Source: an uncultured Candidatus Rokubacteria bacterium
GTDB lineage: Bacteria; Methylomirabilota; Methylomirabilia; Rokubacteriales; DASRDR01
Length of the DNA: 64,000 nt
Direction: 5' to 3'
Assembly (NCBI GenBank): GCA_963826115.1
Contig: CAWGVS010000005.1
Span: 1,824,001-1,888,000 of the forward strand
Both the position numbers and the translations under genes were made by a program. Shown piece after piece: positions 26,001 to 38,137 of the stretch (positions are counted from its first letter, which is position 1; each line of letters starts with the position of its first letter). The notes beneath the pieces were generated by a model that made no database searches, was not told the origin of the DNA, and saw only the letters and a list, made by a program, of their open reading frames with translations.

Positions 26001-29000
26001 ATGAAGGCCCCGACAGACCGCAAACCGCTCCCGTCCCGGTATCTCGTCGTTCTCGTCGTCCTGGTTGGCGGCGTGGCGCTGGCATCGGGTCTCGTCGACC
26101 TCTACTTCATGTCCGAGGGGGGAGACGCGCCGGCGGCGTTCGTCCGATACGCCGTCATGGCCGTGGTGGGCCTCGGCCTCTCGATCGCGGCCGCCCGCCT
26201 GCTCCTTCGGCAAGCGGCCGACCCGGAGGCCCACGCCGTCCTCGTGCGGCAAACGGAGGCGCAGGGCCGCCAGCTCGCTGCCGCCCGGGCGAGCCTGGCC
26301 GAGTCCCTGGAGCAGCAGACCGCGACCGGCGAGGTCCTGCGGGTCATCTCGAGCTCGCCGACGGACGTCCAGCCGGTGTTCGACACGATCGCGCGGAGCG
26401 GGGCGCGGCTCTGCCAGGGCGAGCTCGGCTTCGTGTTCCAGTTCGACAACGCCATGCTCCACTTCGTGGCCCACAGCGGGCTCACCCCCGCGGGCGTCGA
26501 GGCCCTCCGCGGCGCCTGGCCGATGGCGCCGAGCCGGGGGAGCGCCGCGGGGCGGGCGATCCTCGACCGCCGGGTGGCGCACATCCCGGACGTCCAGGCC
26601 GATCCGGAGTACGTCCTGGCCGGCGTGGCCGAGGTCGCGACGTTTCGCGGCACGGTCGGGGTCCCCATGCTCCGCGATGGCGCGCCGATCGGCGCGATCA
26701 CCGTCTCGCGGTCCCAGGCCGGCCCGTTCTCCGACCGGCAGATCGAGCTCCTCAGGACGTTCGCCGACCAGGCCGTCATCGCCGTCGAGAACGCTCGCCT
26801 CTTCACCGAGGTCCAGGCCCGGAACCGGGACCTGACGGAGGCCCTCGAGCGTCAGACGGCCACGAGCGAGGTGCTCAAGGTCATCAGCCGGTCCGCGTTC
26901 GACCTGCAGCCGGTGCTCGAGGTCCTGGCCGAGAACGCCACACGGCTCTGCGCCGCGGAGTGGTGTCTCGTCTACCGGTTCGACGGCGAAGCGCTGCGGG
27001 TCGTGGCTCACCATGGCGCGCCTCCCGAGCTGATCGCGTCCTTCTCGGTCGGTGGACAGGGGGCCACGCTGTACCCCGGCGCCGGGTCCGTCACGGGCCG
27101 CGCCGCGATGAGCCGTCAGACCGTGCACGTCCCCGACGTCCTGGCGGATCCGCTCTACGAGACCGCCGATGCGCAGCGGCACGGGGGATTCCGGGCGGCG
27201 CTCGGCGTGCCCATGCTCCGCAACGGCAACGTCGTCGGGGTCTTCTTCCTGTCGCGAAACCAGCCTCGGCCCTTCACCGCGGATCAGATCGAGCTGGTGT
27301 CGACCTTCGCCGACCAGGCCGTCATCGCGATCGAGAACGTCCGCCTCTTCACGGAGCTCGAGGCCCGGAACCAGGACCTCACCGAGACCCTCGAGCAACA
27401 GACGGCGACGGCCGAGATCCTCCGCGTCATCAGCAGCTCGCCCACCGACGTCCAGCCGGTGTTCGACTCGATCGCCGAGAGCGCGGTGAGGCTGTGCGAG
27501 GCGGAGGTGGCCACGGTCACGCGCTACGACGGCGAGCTGCTGCACGTCGGCGCCATCTACGGCTCGAGCGCCGAGGGAGTCGAGGCGCTCCGGAGAACGT
27601 TCCCCATGCGCCCGAGCGGCGCGGGAGGGGCGGCGCGCGCCGTTCGCGACCGCGCGCTCGTCCACATCCCCGACGTCCTGACGGATCCCGAGTACCGGAT
27701 CCAGACGGCCGCTCTCACGGCCGGCTTCCGCGGGCTGGTCGGTGTCCCGATGCTCCGGGAAGGCGCCGCCATCGGAGCCATCACGCTCGGCCGGGCGAAG
27801 GCCGGCGGGTTCAGCGACACGCAGATCCAGCTGCTTCGCACGTTCGCCGACCAGGCGGTCATCGCCGTCGAGAACGTCCGCCTCTTCCAGGAGCTCGAGA
27901 CCCGAAACCGTGACCTCAGCGAGGCGCTCGAGCAGCAGACGGCCACCGCGGAGATCCTCCAGGCGATCTCCGGCTCGCCGACGGACATCCAGCCGGTGCT
28001 GGACACCGTGGTCCGCGCGGCGGCCCGCTTCTGCGGGGCGTCCGACGTGGTGATCCTGCGGCTCGACGGGACGACACTTCGCGGGGCGGCCGGCGTCGGG
28101 CGGCTCCACGACGTGGTCGTCGGCCAGATCGGAAGCCTGGCGAGGCTCGAGATTCCGGTCGCGCGCGGGTCGGTGGCGGGCCGCGCGGCCGTGGACCGGC
28201 GGACGATACACGTCGCCGACCTCGCCGCCGAGAGCGACGACGAGTACCCCGAGGGCCGCGCGATGCAGCGGAGCTTCGGACATCACACGATGACGGCGAC
28301 TCCCCTCCTGCGCGAGGGGGTGCCCATCGGAGTGATCGCCCTCTTCCGGATGGCCGTGGAGCCCTTCTCGGACCGGCAGCTCGCGCTGCTGCGCCTCTTC
28401 GCCGACCAGGCGGTCATCGCCATCGAGAACGTCCGTCTGTTCACGGAGCTCGAGACCAAGAACCGGGACCTCACCGAGACCCTCGAGCAGCAGACCGCCA
28501 CCAGCGAGGTCCTGAAGGTCATCAGCCGATCCACCTTCGACCTTCAACCCGTGTTGGAGGCGCTCATCGAGAGCGCCACGCGGCTCTGCGGCGCCACCCG
28601 GGGCCACATCTTCCGGTTCGACGGCGAGTTCCTGCGCTTCGCGGCCGCCTACGGGGCCTGGCCTGGCTTCACCGAGTACCTGGAGCGGAACCCGATCCGA
28701 CCCGGGCCCGGATCCGTCGCCGGCCTCGCCGGCTCCGAACGTCGGGTCGTCCACGTCAGCGATGTGCTGAAGGAGCCCGAGTACCAGCACGGAGGGCTGA
28801 TCCGAGCCCAGGACTTCCGGGCGGTCCTGGCGGTGCCGATCCTGCGCGAAGGGGCCCTCCGCGGCGTCATCGTCATCCTAAAGTCCAAGGCCGAGCCGTT
28901 CTCGGACCGGCAGATCGAGCTGGTCACGACGTTCGCCGACCAGGCCGTCATCGCCATCGAAAACGTCCGTCTCTTCCAGGAGCTCGAGGCGCGGAACCAA

Positions 29001-32000
29001 GACCTCACCGCGACCCTCGAGCAGCAGACCGCCACCAGCGAGGTCCTGCGGGTCATTTCCGGCTCGCCGACCGACGTCCAGCCGGTCTTCGACACCATCG
29101 CGCGGAGCGCGGCGCAGCTCTGCGGGGCGGAGTTCGCCTGGGTCTTCCGCGTCGACGGAACAATGCTCGCCTTCGTCGCGCACCACGGACTCTCGCCCGC
29201 CGCGCTCGCCGAGGTCCGGCGAGTCTCCCCCATGCCCCTGGGACGGGGAAGCGCCGCCGCGCGATCGGTTCTGAGCCGGGCCGTCCAACACATTCCGGAC
29301 GTCCAGGTCGAACCCGACTACGAGCTCGGCCCGACGGCGAACGTGATGACCTTCCGCAGCATCGTCGCCGTGCCGATGCTGCGGGACGGCCTCCCGCTCG
29401 GGTCGATCGTCGTGGCGCGGGCCGCCGCCGGGGCGTTCCACGATCGCCAGATCGACCTGCTCAAGACGTTCGCCGATCAGGGCGTCATCGCCGTCGAGAA
29501 CGTCCGCCTCTTCACGGAGCTGGAGGCGCGCAACAAGGATCTCACCGCGACCCTCGAGCAGCAGACCGCCACCGGCGAGATCCTGCGGGTCATCTCGAGC
29601 TCCCCCACCGACGTCCAGCCGGTCTTCGACACCATCGCCGTGCGGGCGATGCACCTCTGCGCCGCGAGCGTCGGCTCGGTCCTGACGTTCGACGGCGAGC
29701 TCGTCCACATCGCCGCGCTCGCGAACGTGAATCCCGAGGGAGCCGCCGCGCTGCGGAGCGCGTTCCCGATGCGACCGAGCCTCCGGAGCGGGAGCGCCCG
29801 CGCGGTCCTGACGGGGGCTCCCGTGCACATCCCCGACAACCGCGCCGAGACGGGATACGAGATCGCGTTCCAGGCGGGCGCCGGCGGCTTCCGGAGCGTC
29901 CTCTCCTTGCCGATGCTGCGCGACGGAAAGGCCATCGGCTGCGTGACGGTGGGGCGTCCCGCGCCGGGGCAGTTCACGGATCGGCAGATCGCGCTCCTCA
30001 AGACATTCGCCGATCAAGCGGTGATCGCCATCGAGAACGTCCGCCTCTTCAGGGAGCTGGAGGCGCGCAACACGGAGTTGACCGGGACCCTCGCGCGGCA
30101 GACCGCCACCGGCGAGGTCCTCCGTGCCATCAGCCGCGCCCAGACCGATGCCCAGCCGGTGTTCGACATCATCGCGGCGAGCGCGCTCCGGCTGTGTCAC
30201 GGCGGTCACAGCGGCGTCTGGCTTTACGACGGCGACCTGATCCATCTGGCCGCGCTCGAGAACGTCCGCCCGGAAGGCGCCAAGGCGATCCGCGGCGACT
30301 TCCCGCGACGCGCCGACGAGCGCAGCATCACGGGCCGGGCGATCATCACCCGCAGCGTCGTCCAGGTACACGACGTGCTCGAGGATCCCGCGTACGCGCT
30401 CAAGGACCAATCCAGGACCGTCGGATACCGGAGCTTTCTGTCGACTCCCATGCTCAAGGCCGGCAAACCGATCGGGGCGATTGGCGTCGGACGACCCGAG
30501 CCCGGGCCGTTTCCGGATAGCCAGGTCGAACTCCTCAAGACCTTCGCTGACCAGGCCGTCATCGCCATCGAGAACGTCCGCCTCTTCAAGGAACTGGAGA
30601 CACGCAACCGCGACCTCACCGAGACGCTGGAGCAACAGACCGCCACCGGCGAGGTCCTGAAGGTCATCAGCCGCTCGACGTTCGATCTCCAGCCGGTCCT
30701 GGAGACGCTGATCGAGTACACGGCGCGGCTCGGGAGCGCGGACGGCGGCGCGGTCTACCGGTTCGACGGGCAGCTTCAGCGGCTGGCGGCCGGCTACAAC
30801 CTCGCGCCCGACCTCCGGGAGTACGTGGAGCAGCACCCCCTGGTTCCGGGAGGAGGAACGGCCGTCGGGCGAGCCATGCTCGAGGGCCGGACCGTCCACA
30901 TCCACGACGTGCTGGCCGACCCCGGCTACACATACCCGGCCAAGAGCCTCGGCGGCTACCGGACGATCCTGGGCGTCCCCATGCTCCGGGAAGGCGTGCC
31001 GATCGGGGTCCTGTCGGTCTGGCGGACCCGGGTCGAGCCGTTCACCGACCGGCAGATAGAGCTGGTCACGACCTTCGCGGACCAGGGCGCCATCGCCATC
31101 GAGAACGTGCGTCTGTTCCAGGCGCTCGAGGTCCGCAACCGCGACCTGACCGAGAGCCTGGAGCAGCAGACGGCGACCGGCGAGGTCCTCCGGGTGATCT
31201 CCGCCTCGCCGACCGACGTCCAGCCGGTGTTCGACGCCATCGCCCGGAACGCCGCGCGGCTCTGCGAGGCGCAGTTCTGCTTCGTCTACCGGTTCGACGG
31301 CGACCTCCTGCACTTCGTCGCCCACCATGGAGTCACGGAAGAGGGGGCGGAGACGGTCCGACGGGCGTTCCCCGCGCCGCCCAGTCGCGGCAGCGCGGCG
31401 GCCCGCGCGGTCCTGGACCGCGCGATCACGCAGATCCCGGACGTCCAGGCGGACCCGAGCTTCGCCCTCAGCGCCACCGCGACGCTCGCCGGTTACCGAA
31501 GCGCGGTCGGCGTCCCGATGCTCCGCGACGGCCTCCCCATCGGGTCCATCGCCGTCGCGCGCTCTCAGGTCGGGCTCCTCCCCGAGCGGCAGGTCGACCT
31601 GCTGAGGACCTTCGCCGACCAGGCCGTCATCGCCATCGAGAACGTCCGACTGTTCCAGGAGCTCGAGACGCGGACGCAGGAGCTGACACGCTCGGTGGGC
31701 GAGCTGCGGGCGCTGGGCGAGGTCAGCCAGGCCGTCAGCTCGACGCTCGACCTCGACACCGTGCTGGCGACGATCGTCAGCGCGCGCCGTCGAGCTCTCC
31801 GGCAGCCACAGCGGGATCATCTACGAGTTCGACGAGCCCTCGCAGACCTTCAGCGCGCGGGCCAGTCACAACCTCACGCCCGAGCACCTAGCGGTCCTCC
31901 GGGCCTCGCCGATTCATCTCGGGGAGGGCGCGATGGGACGGGCCGGGGCCCTTCGCGAGCCCGTCGAGGTGTCGGATATCCAGGACGAGCACCAGACGGT

Positions 32001-34591
32001 CGCACCCCAGGTCCGCGCGCTGCATCGCCCAGCAAGGAGTGCGCGCGCTCCTCGCCGTGCCGCTCGTGCGGGAGGACAAGCTGCTCGGCGGCCTCGTGGT
32101 GCTGCGACGCGAGCAGGGCCAGTTCTCCGTCGGGGTCGTCGCGACGCTCCAGACGTTCGCCGCCCAGTCGGTGTTGGCCATCAACAACGCCGGGCTCTTC
32201 CGTGAGATTCAGCGTCAGAAGCAGTATTCGGACGCGCTCGTGCAGACGAGCCCCGTGGCGATCGTGACGATGGACCTCGGCGGAAAAGTCACGGGCTGGA
32301 ACCCGGGGGCGGAGCGGCTCTTCCAGTACCCGCAGGAGGAGGCGCTCGGTCGCACGATGGAGCAGCTGGTGGCGACCCCGGAGGTCCGCGACGAGGTCCG
32401 CGCCAACATCCGCCAGACGCTCGGGGGCGAGTGGATCCGGGCGATCGGGCGCCGCGCTCGCAAGGACGGCACGCGCGTCGACGTCGAGATCTCGTCGATG
32501 CCCGTGGTCGTCGAGGGCGCCCAGGTTGGCATGATCGCGATCTACCACGACATCACCGAGCTCCTCCGGGCGCGGCGCGAGGCCGAGGCTGCCAACGAGG
32601 CCAAGGGCGCGTTCCTGGCCACCATGAGCCACGAGATCCGGACGCCGCTCAACGCGGTGATCGGAATGAGCGGGCTGCTCCTCAACACTCCCCTCGCCGA
32701 CGAGCAGCGGGAGTACGCGGAGATCGTCCGCCAGAGCGGCGACGCGCTCCTCACCGTCATCAACGACATCCTCGACTTCTCGAAGATCGAGGCCGGGCGG
32801 CTCGAGCTCGAGTCTCAGCCCTTCGACCTCCGCGAGTGCGTCGAGGGGGCGCTCGACCTCGTGGCCACCCGAGCGGCCGAGAAGGGCCTGGACCTCGCGT
32901 ACCTGGTCGGCGACGGCACCCCGGCCGCCATCGTGGGCGACGTGACGCGTCTCCGTCAGGTGCTCCTGAACCTCCTCTCGAACGCGGTCAAGTTCACCGA
33001 GCGGGGCGAGGTCGTGCTCTCGGTGAGCGCGCAGCGCCTGGACGGCCCCGAGGGGCTCCACGAGCTGACCTTCGCCGTCCGCGACACCGGCATCGGGATC
33101 CCGGCCGACCGGCTCGGCCGGCTCTTCCAGTCGTTCAGCCAGGTCGACGCGTCGACCACGCGGCGCTACGGAGGGACGGGCCTCGGGCTGGCGATCAGCC
33201 AGCGCCTGGCCGAGCTGATGGGCGGCCGGATCGGCGTCACGAGCGAGGTCGGACTGGGGAGCGAGTTCCGCTTCTCCATCCGGGCGGCGGCCGCCGCCGA
33301 GGTGCCGCTCCCGAGCCGGCGCGACCTGAGCGGCGTGCAGCCCTCCCTCCGCGGAAAGCGGGTCCTCGTGGTCGACGACAACGCGACCAACCGTCGCATC
33401 GTCACCACGCACCTCGGTAACTGGGGACTGCCGGCGCGCGCCACCGAGTCGCCGCGAGAGGCGCTCGCGTGGATCCGCGCCGGCGAGCCCTTCGACGTCG
33501 CGATCCTGGACATGCACATGCCGGAGATGGACGGGGCGACCCTGGCCCACGCCATCCGGCAGGAGCCGGCGGGCGCGGCTCTCCCGCTGATCCTCTTCAC
33601 GTCGCTGGGGCGCCGCGAGGCGCTCGCCGAGAGCGAGGCCTTCGCCGCGTATCTCCACAAGCCGATCAAGCCCTCGCAGCTCTTCGACGCGCTGGTCTCG
33701 GTACTGGCCGACCAGCCGGTCCACGTGCCCGAGCGGGGCGTGGGGCGAAGCGAGCTCGACCCGGAGATGGCCGGCCGGCATCCGCTGCGGATCCTCCTGG
33801 CCGAGGACAACGTGGTGAACCAGAAGGTGGCGCTGCGTCTCCTGGGCCAGCTCGGTTACCGGGCGGACCTGGCGGCGAACGGGCTCGAGGCCATCGACGC
33901 CGTCGGCCGCCAGACCTACGACGTGGTCCTCATGGACGTGCAGATGCCGGAGCTGGACGGGTTCGAGGCGTCACGTGAGATCAATCGGCGCTGGCCGGGC
34001 GAGCGGCGCCCGCGGATCGTCGCCATGACGGCCAACGCGATGCAGGGCGACCGCGAGCTGTGCATGGCGGCCGGGATGGACGACTACGTCGCGAAGCCGA
34101 TCCGGGTGGATGAGCTCGTCGCCGCCCTCGCGCGCGTGCCCCGCCGCGCGGACCCGGCGGTGCGCCCAGCACCCGCTCCGATGCGGGCCGGGGACGGATG
34201 GCAGGAGGCCGCCGCGCCGCGGGCGGCGGACACTGCTCCAGCCGGCGAGATCGACCGCGCGACGTTCGATCGCCTCATCGCGTCGATGGGCGGCCCCTTC
34301 GTCACCGAGCTGGTCGACACGTTCGTGGAGGATGCCCGGGACCTCGTCGCCGGGCTCAGGCGGGCCCTGGCCGGATCCGACGTCGACACCTTCCGGCGTG
34401 CGGCGCACTCGCTCAAGTCGACCGCGGAGACGGTCGGCGCGACCCGGCTGTCCGCGCTGGCGCGGGAGCTGGAGGCGCAGGCCCGCGGGGGAAGCCTGGA
34501 CAAGATCGGCGACCGGCTCGACCGGCTGGCCGACGAGTACGAGCGCGCGGCGCGCGCGCTGGGGGAGCTCCGACGTGACCTCATCCGGTAA
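26001..34591 (+). CDS. Giant hybrid sensor histidine kinase: 2 TM, 11 GAF, PAS, HisKA, HATPase, 2 REC, Hpt (two apparent +1 frameshifts)
   Basis: 11 units ending in the FADQ/FAAQ...(E/N)N.RLF-type linker; MSHEIRTP; [10 protein letters not shown]; GGTGLGL; two REC domains; AAHSLKS. Removing one base at about 31779 and one at about 32023 joins the ORFs into about 2860 aa. Confidence 0.9.
26290..32200 (+). repeat. Tandem array of about 540-bp GAF modules with conserved linker DNA
   Basis: Near-identical ttcgccgaccaggccgtcatcgccatcgagaacgtccgcctcttc...gagcagcagaccgccacc segments recur about every 540 bp. Confidence 0.9.
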
Positions 34592-35630
34592 CGCGCAGCC
34601 CGGCACCCTTCTCGTCGTCGACGACAACCGCGTGAACCGCCTGCTCCTCGGGCGCGCCCTCGAGCAGCTCGGGCACACCGTGCGCTTCGCCGAGAACGGC
34701 CAGGAGGCCCTGGAGGCGCTCCGCCAGCGCCGGGTCGACCTGATCCTCCTCGACATCGAGATGCCGGAGATGGACGGCTACCAGGCGCTCGCCGCCCTCG
34801 GAGCCGATCCGCACCTCCGGGACATCCCGGTCGTCATGATGTCCTCCGTCGAGGAGGTGGACAGCGTCGCCCGGTGCATCGAGATGGGCGCCGAAGACTA
34901 CCTCTTCAAGCCCGTCAATCCGGTGCTGCTGCGGGCACGGGTCGGCGCCAGCCTGGAGAAGAAACGGCTCCTGGACCGCCAGCGCGAGATGTTCCGGAAG
35001 TTCGCGACCGCGGAGGTTGCCGAGGAGCTCCTGACGAGCGGGCTCGCCCTCGGCGGCAAGCAGGTCGACGCGACCGTGATGTTCTCCGACATCCGCGGGT
35101 TCACGAGCCTCACCGAGTCCCTGTCGCCGGTCGACACGATCGAGCTCCTGAACAGCTACTACACCCTGATGTTCGACGCGATCGGAGGCCAGGGCGGGAT
35201 CGTCAACCAGATGCTCGGCGACGGCCTCATGGCGATCTTCGGAGCGCCCCTCCCGCATGCCGACCACCGAGCGCGCGCGGTACGCGCCGCGCTCGAGATG
35301 CTCGAGCTGATCGCCGGATTCAGCGGGGACCAGGTTGCCCGTGGTGGCCCGGAGGTCCGCATCGGAATCGGCATCGCCTCGGGACCGGTGGTCGCCGGCT
35401 TCACCGGCACCGAGCGCCGGGTGACCTACACCTGCGTGGGCGAGACGGTGAACCTCGCGGCGCATCTCGAAGCCCACACGAAGGTCGTCGGCCGACCCAT
35501 CCTCATCGACGAGCACACGCGCCAGGGCCTGGGCGAGGGCGTCCGCGTGGAGTCCCACGGCATGGCCCAGCTGAAGACCCGGAGCCGTGCCGTCGCGGTC
35601 TACTCGGTGGCCCCGGGCCAGCGGCTCTGA
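34575..35630 (+). CDS. Response regulator receiver plus class III nucleotide cyclase domain
   Basis: VVDDN...LLDIEMP...LFKP; FSDIRGFT, LGDGLMAIFGAP, IGIGIASG, GETVNLAAHLE; overlaps the kinase 3' end. Confidence 0.92.
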   Translation: MTSSGNAQPGTLLVVDDNRVNRLLLGRALEQLGHTVRFAENGQEALEALRQRRVDLILLDIEMPEMDGYQALAALGADPHLRDIPVVMMSSVEEVDSVARCIEMGAEDYLFKPVNPVLLRARVGASLEKKRLLDRQREMFRKFATAEVAEELLTSGLALGGKQVDATVMFSDIRGFTSLTESLSPVDTIELLNSYYTLMFDAIGGQGGIVNQMLGDGLMAIFGAPLPHADHRARAVRAALEMLELIAGFSGDQVARGGPEVRIGIGIASGPVVAGFTGTERRVTYTCVGETVNLAAHLEAHTKVVGRPILIDEHTRQGLGEGVRVESHGMAQLKTRSRAVAVYSVAPGQRL

Positions 35631-35654
35631 CGTCGGAGCCGGACGGCTCGACCG

Positions 35655-36722
35655 TCAGCGGTACTCGACACCCCGGGCGCCCCGGCGGATCTCCCCGATC
35701 CGGAAGGACGGTGTTCGCGCGTTCCATAGACGCGACACCACGCCCGCGACCTCGCGCTCTGGCACGACGAGGACGAAGCCGATCCCCATGTTGAAGACGC
35801 GGAACATCTCGGCCTCGTCGATCCGACCCCGGTCCTGCAGCCACCGGAAGACCTCGGACACGGGCCAGGTGCCGCGCTGGATCACGGCCCGGCAGCCCGG
35901 CGGCAGGACGCGCGGCAGGTTCCCCGTGAGCCCCCCGCCCGTGATGTGGGCCATCGCCCGCACCGTCGCGCCCCCCCGCAGGAGGCTCAAGATCGGCTGG
36001 ACGTAGATGCGCGTCGGCCGGAGGAGCTCGCGACCCACCGTGCGGTTCAACCCGGGGATGCGGTCGCCGACCCGGAGGCGCAGACGGTCGAACACGACCT
36101 TCCGGGCGAGGCTGTACCCGTTCGAGTGGAGTCCGGTCGAGAGGAGTCCGATCACCGCGTCCCCGGGACGGACGCCGCGGCCGTCGACGAGCCGCCTCCG
36201 CTCCACGACGCCCAAAGCGAACCCCGCCAGGTCGTACTCGCCAGTCGCGTAGAAATCGGGCAGCTCCGCGATCTCCCCGCCGATGAGGGCGCACCCCGCC
36301 TCGCGGCAGCCGGCGGCGATCCCGCGCACCACCGTCTCGACGGTCCGGGGCACGACCCGGTTGACCCCGATGTAGTCGAGGAAGACCAGCGGCTCGGCGC
36401 CGTGGACGAGGAGGTCGTTGACGCCCATGGCGACCAGGTCGATCCCGATGGTGTCGTGGCGGCCGGCCAGGAAGGCGACCCGGAGCTTCGAACCGACGCC
36501 GTCCGTCGAGGCCAGGAGCACGGGGTCCTTGTAGCGCCGGGGGACGCGGAAGAACCCCGCGAAACCGCCGATGTCGCCGAGGACCTCGGGGCGGTACGTC
36601 GCGCGCGCCCACGGGGCGAGGCGCCGCACGGCATCCTCGCCGGCGGAGATGTCGACGCCGGCGGCGCGGTAGGTCAGGCGGGCCCGCGCGGGCCGCCGGA
36701 CGGCAGGGCGGGCGCGCTTCAC
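35655..36722 (-). CDS. purM: Phosphoribosylformylglycinamidine cyclo-ligase
   Basis: [43 protein letters not shown]. Confidence 0.97.
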   Translation of the reverse strand: MKRARPAVRRPARARLTYRAAGVDISAGEDAVRRLAPWARATYRPEVLGDIGGFAGFFRVPRRYKDPVLLASTDGVGSKLRVAFLAGRHDTIGIDLVAMGVNDLLVHGAEPLVFLDYIGVNRVVPRTVETVVRGIAAGCREAGCALIGGEIAELPDFYATGEYDLAGFALGVVERRRLVDGRGVRPGDAVIGLLSTGLHSNGYSLARKVVFDRLRLRVGDRIPGLNRTVGRELLRPTRIYVQPILSLLRGGATVRAMAHITGGGLTGNLPRVLPPGCRAVIQRGTWPVSEVFRWLQDRGRIDEAEMFRVFNMGIGFVLVVPEREVAGVVSRLWNARTPSFRIGEIRRGARGVEYR

Positions 36723-38137
36723 TCGACGTCGAAGAGAGCGAGCTGCGCGGTGTCCTCCATCGGGAACCCGACCTCGTAGGCGCCGCTGAAGCACGCGTGG
36801 CAGAACCGGCCGCCGTCGCCGCCGACAGCCTTCAGCATGCCGTCGAGCGACAGGTAGCCCAGCGAGTCGGCGCCGATGTAGCGGCGGATCTCCTCGACCC
36901 GGTGGCTGGAGCCGATCAGCTCCTTGCGCGTCGGCGTGTCGATGCCGTAGTAGCAGGGCCACTGGATCGGCGGCGACGAGATGCGCAAGTGCACCTCTCG
37001 GGCGCCGACCGACCGGATCATCTTCACGATCTTCCGGCTGGTCGTCCCGCGCACGATCGAGTCGTCGACGACCACGATGCGCCGCCCCTCGATCGTCTCC
37101 CGCATCGGGTTGAGCTTCACCCGGACCCCGAAGTGGCGGATGCCGTCCTTCGGCTCGATGAACGTGCGCCCGACGTAGTGGTTGCGGATCAGCCCCATCT
37201 CGAACGGGATGCCCGACCGCTCCGAGTATCCGAGGGCGGCCCCGACGCCCGAATCGGGCACGGGGATGACGATGTCCGCCTCCACCGGGTGCTCCTCGGC
37301 CAGCCGGCCGCCGAGCGCCTTGCGCGTCTGGTACACGTTCTGTCCCCAGAGCGTCGTGTCCGGGCGGGCGAAGTAGATGTACTCGAAGACGCACTGGAGC
37401 TGCTTCTTCGCGGGGAACGGCTTGATCGACCGGAGGCCGTTCTGGTCGATGAGGACGATCTCCCCGGGCTCCACGTCGCGCACGAACTCGGCCTCGAGCA
37501 GGTCGAGAGCGCAGGTCTCCGACGCAAGGAGCCACGTCTTGCCGAGCCGCCCGATCACCAGCGGGCGGAAGCCGTGGGGGTCCCGGACCCCGACGAGCGT
37601 GTCCGGCGTCAGCATGACGAGCGAGTAGGCGCCGCTCACCTGGGCCAGGGCCGTGCTGAGCGTCCGCTCGAGGCTCTGCCGGTCCGCGCGCGCGATGAGG
37701 TGGAGCATCACCTCCGAGTCCGACGTGGACTGGAAGATGGCCCCCAGCGACTCCAGCTCCTTCCGGAGCGCCTCGGCGTTGACCAGGTTGCCGTTGTGCC
37801 CGAGGGCGATCGAGCCCCGGGAGAACGTCGCGCTGATCGGCTGGGCGTTCCGGAGCGTCGAGGAGCCCGCCGTCGAGTAGCGGACGTGGCCGATGGCGGA
37901 CTGGCCCGGGAGCCGCCGGAGCCGCTCGGGGGAGAACACGTCGGCGACCCAGCCCATGGCCTTCTCGACGTGCAGCGTGCGGCCGTCGGTCGCCGCGATC
38001 CCGGCGGACTCCTGGCCGCGGTGCTGGAGCGCGTAGAGCCCCAGATAGGCGAGGTTGGCGGCCTCCGGATGGTCGAAGACGCCGAAGAGCCCGCACTCGT
38101 CGTGGAGCTTGTCGTCGTCGAGCCAGACGGTCGTCAT
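36719..38137 (-). CDS. purF: Amidophosphoribosyltransferase
   Basis: Propeptide then [31 protein letters not shown], Fe-S cysteines CHAC. Confidence 0.98.
   Translation of the reverse strand: MTTVWLDDDKLHDECGLFGVFDHPEAANLAYLGLYALQHRGQESAGIAATDGRTLHVEKAMGWVADVFSPERLRRLPGQSAIGHVRYSTAGSSTLRNAQPISATFSRGSIALGHNGNLVNAEALRKELESLGAIFQSTSDSEVMLHLIARADRQSLERTLSTALAQVSGAYSLVMLTPDTLVGVRDPHGFRPLVIGRLGKTWLLASETCALDLLEAEFVRDVEPGEIVLIDQNGLRSIKPFPAKKQLQCVFEYIYFARPDTTLWGQNVYQTRKALGGRLAEEHPVEADIVIPVPDSGVGAALGYSERSGIPFEMGLIRNHYVGRTFIEPKDGIRHFGVRVKLNPMRETIEGRRIVVVDDSIVRGTTSRKIVKMIRSVGAREVHLRISSPPIQWPCYYGIDTPTRKELIGSSHRVEEIRRYIGADSLGYLSLDGMLKAVGGDGGRFCHACFSGAYEVGFPMEDTAQLALFDVE

Noticed and set aside
31770-32040. 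Programmed ribosomal frameshifting in the kinase
   Set aside because: No slippery heptamer, and two successive shifts inside one GAF domain would be needed; error or mutation is simpler.
26290-32200. Repeat-spacer pattern as a CRISPR array or DGR
   Set aside because: The period is about 540 bp and in frame within a protein; there are no cas genes, reverse transcriptase or adenine-specific variation.
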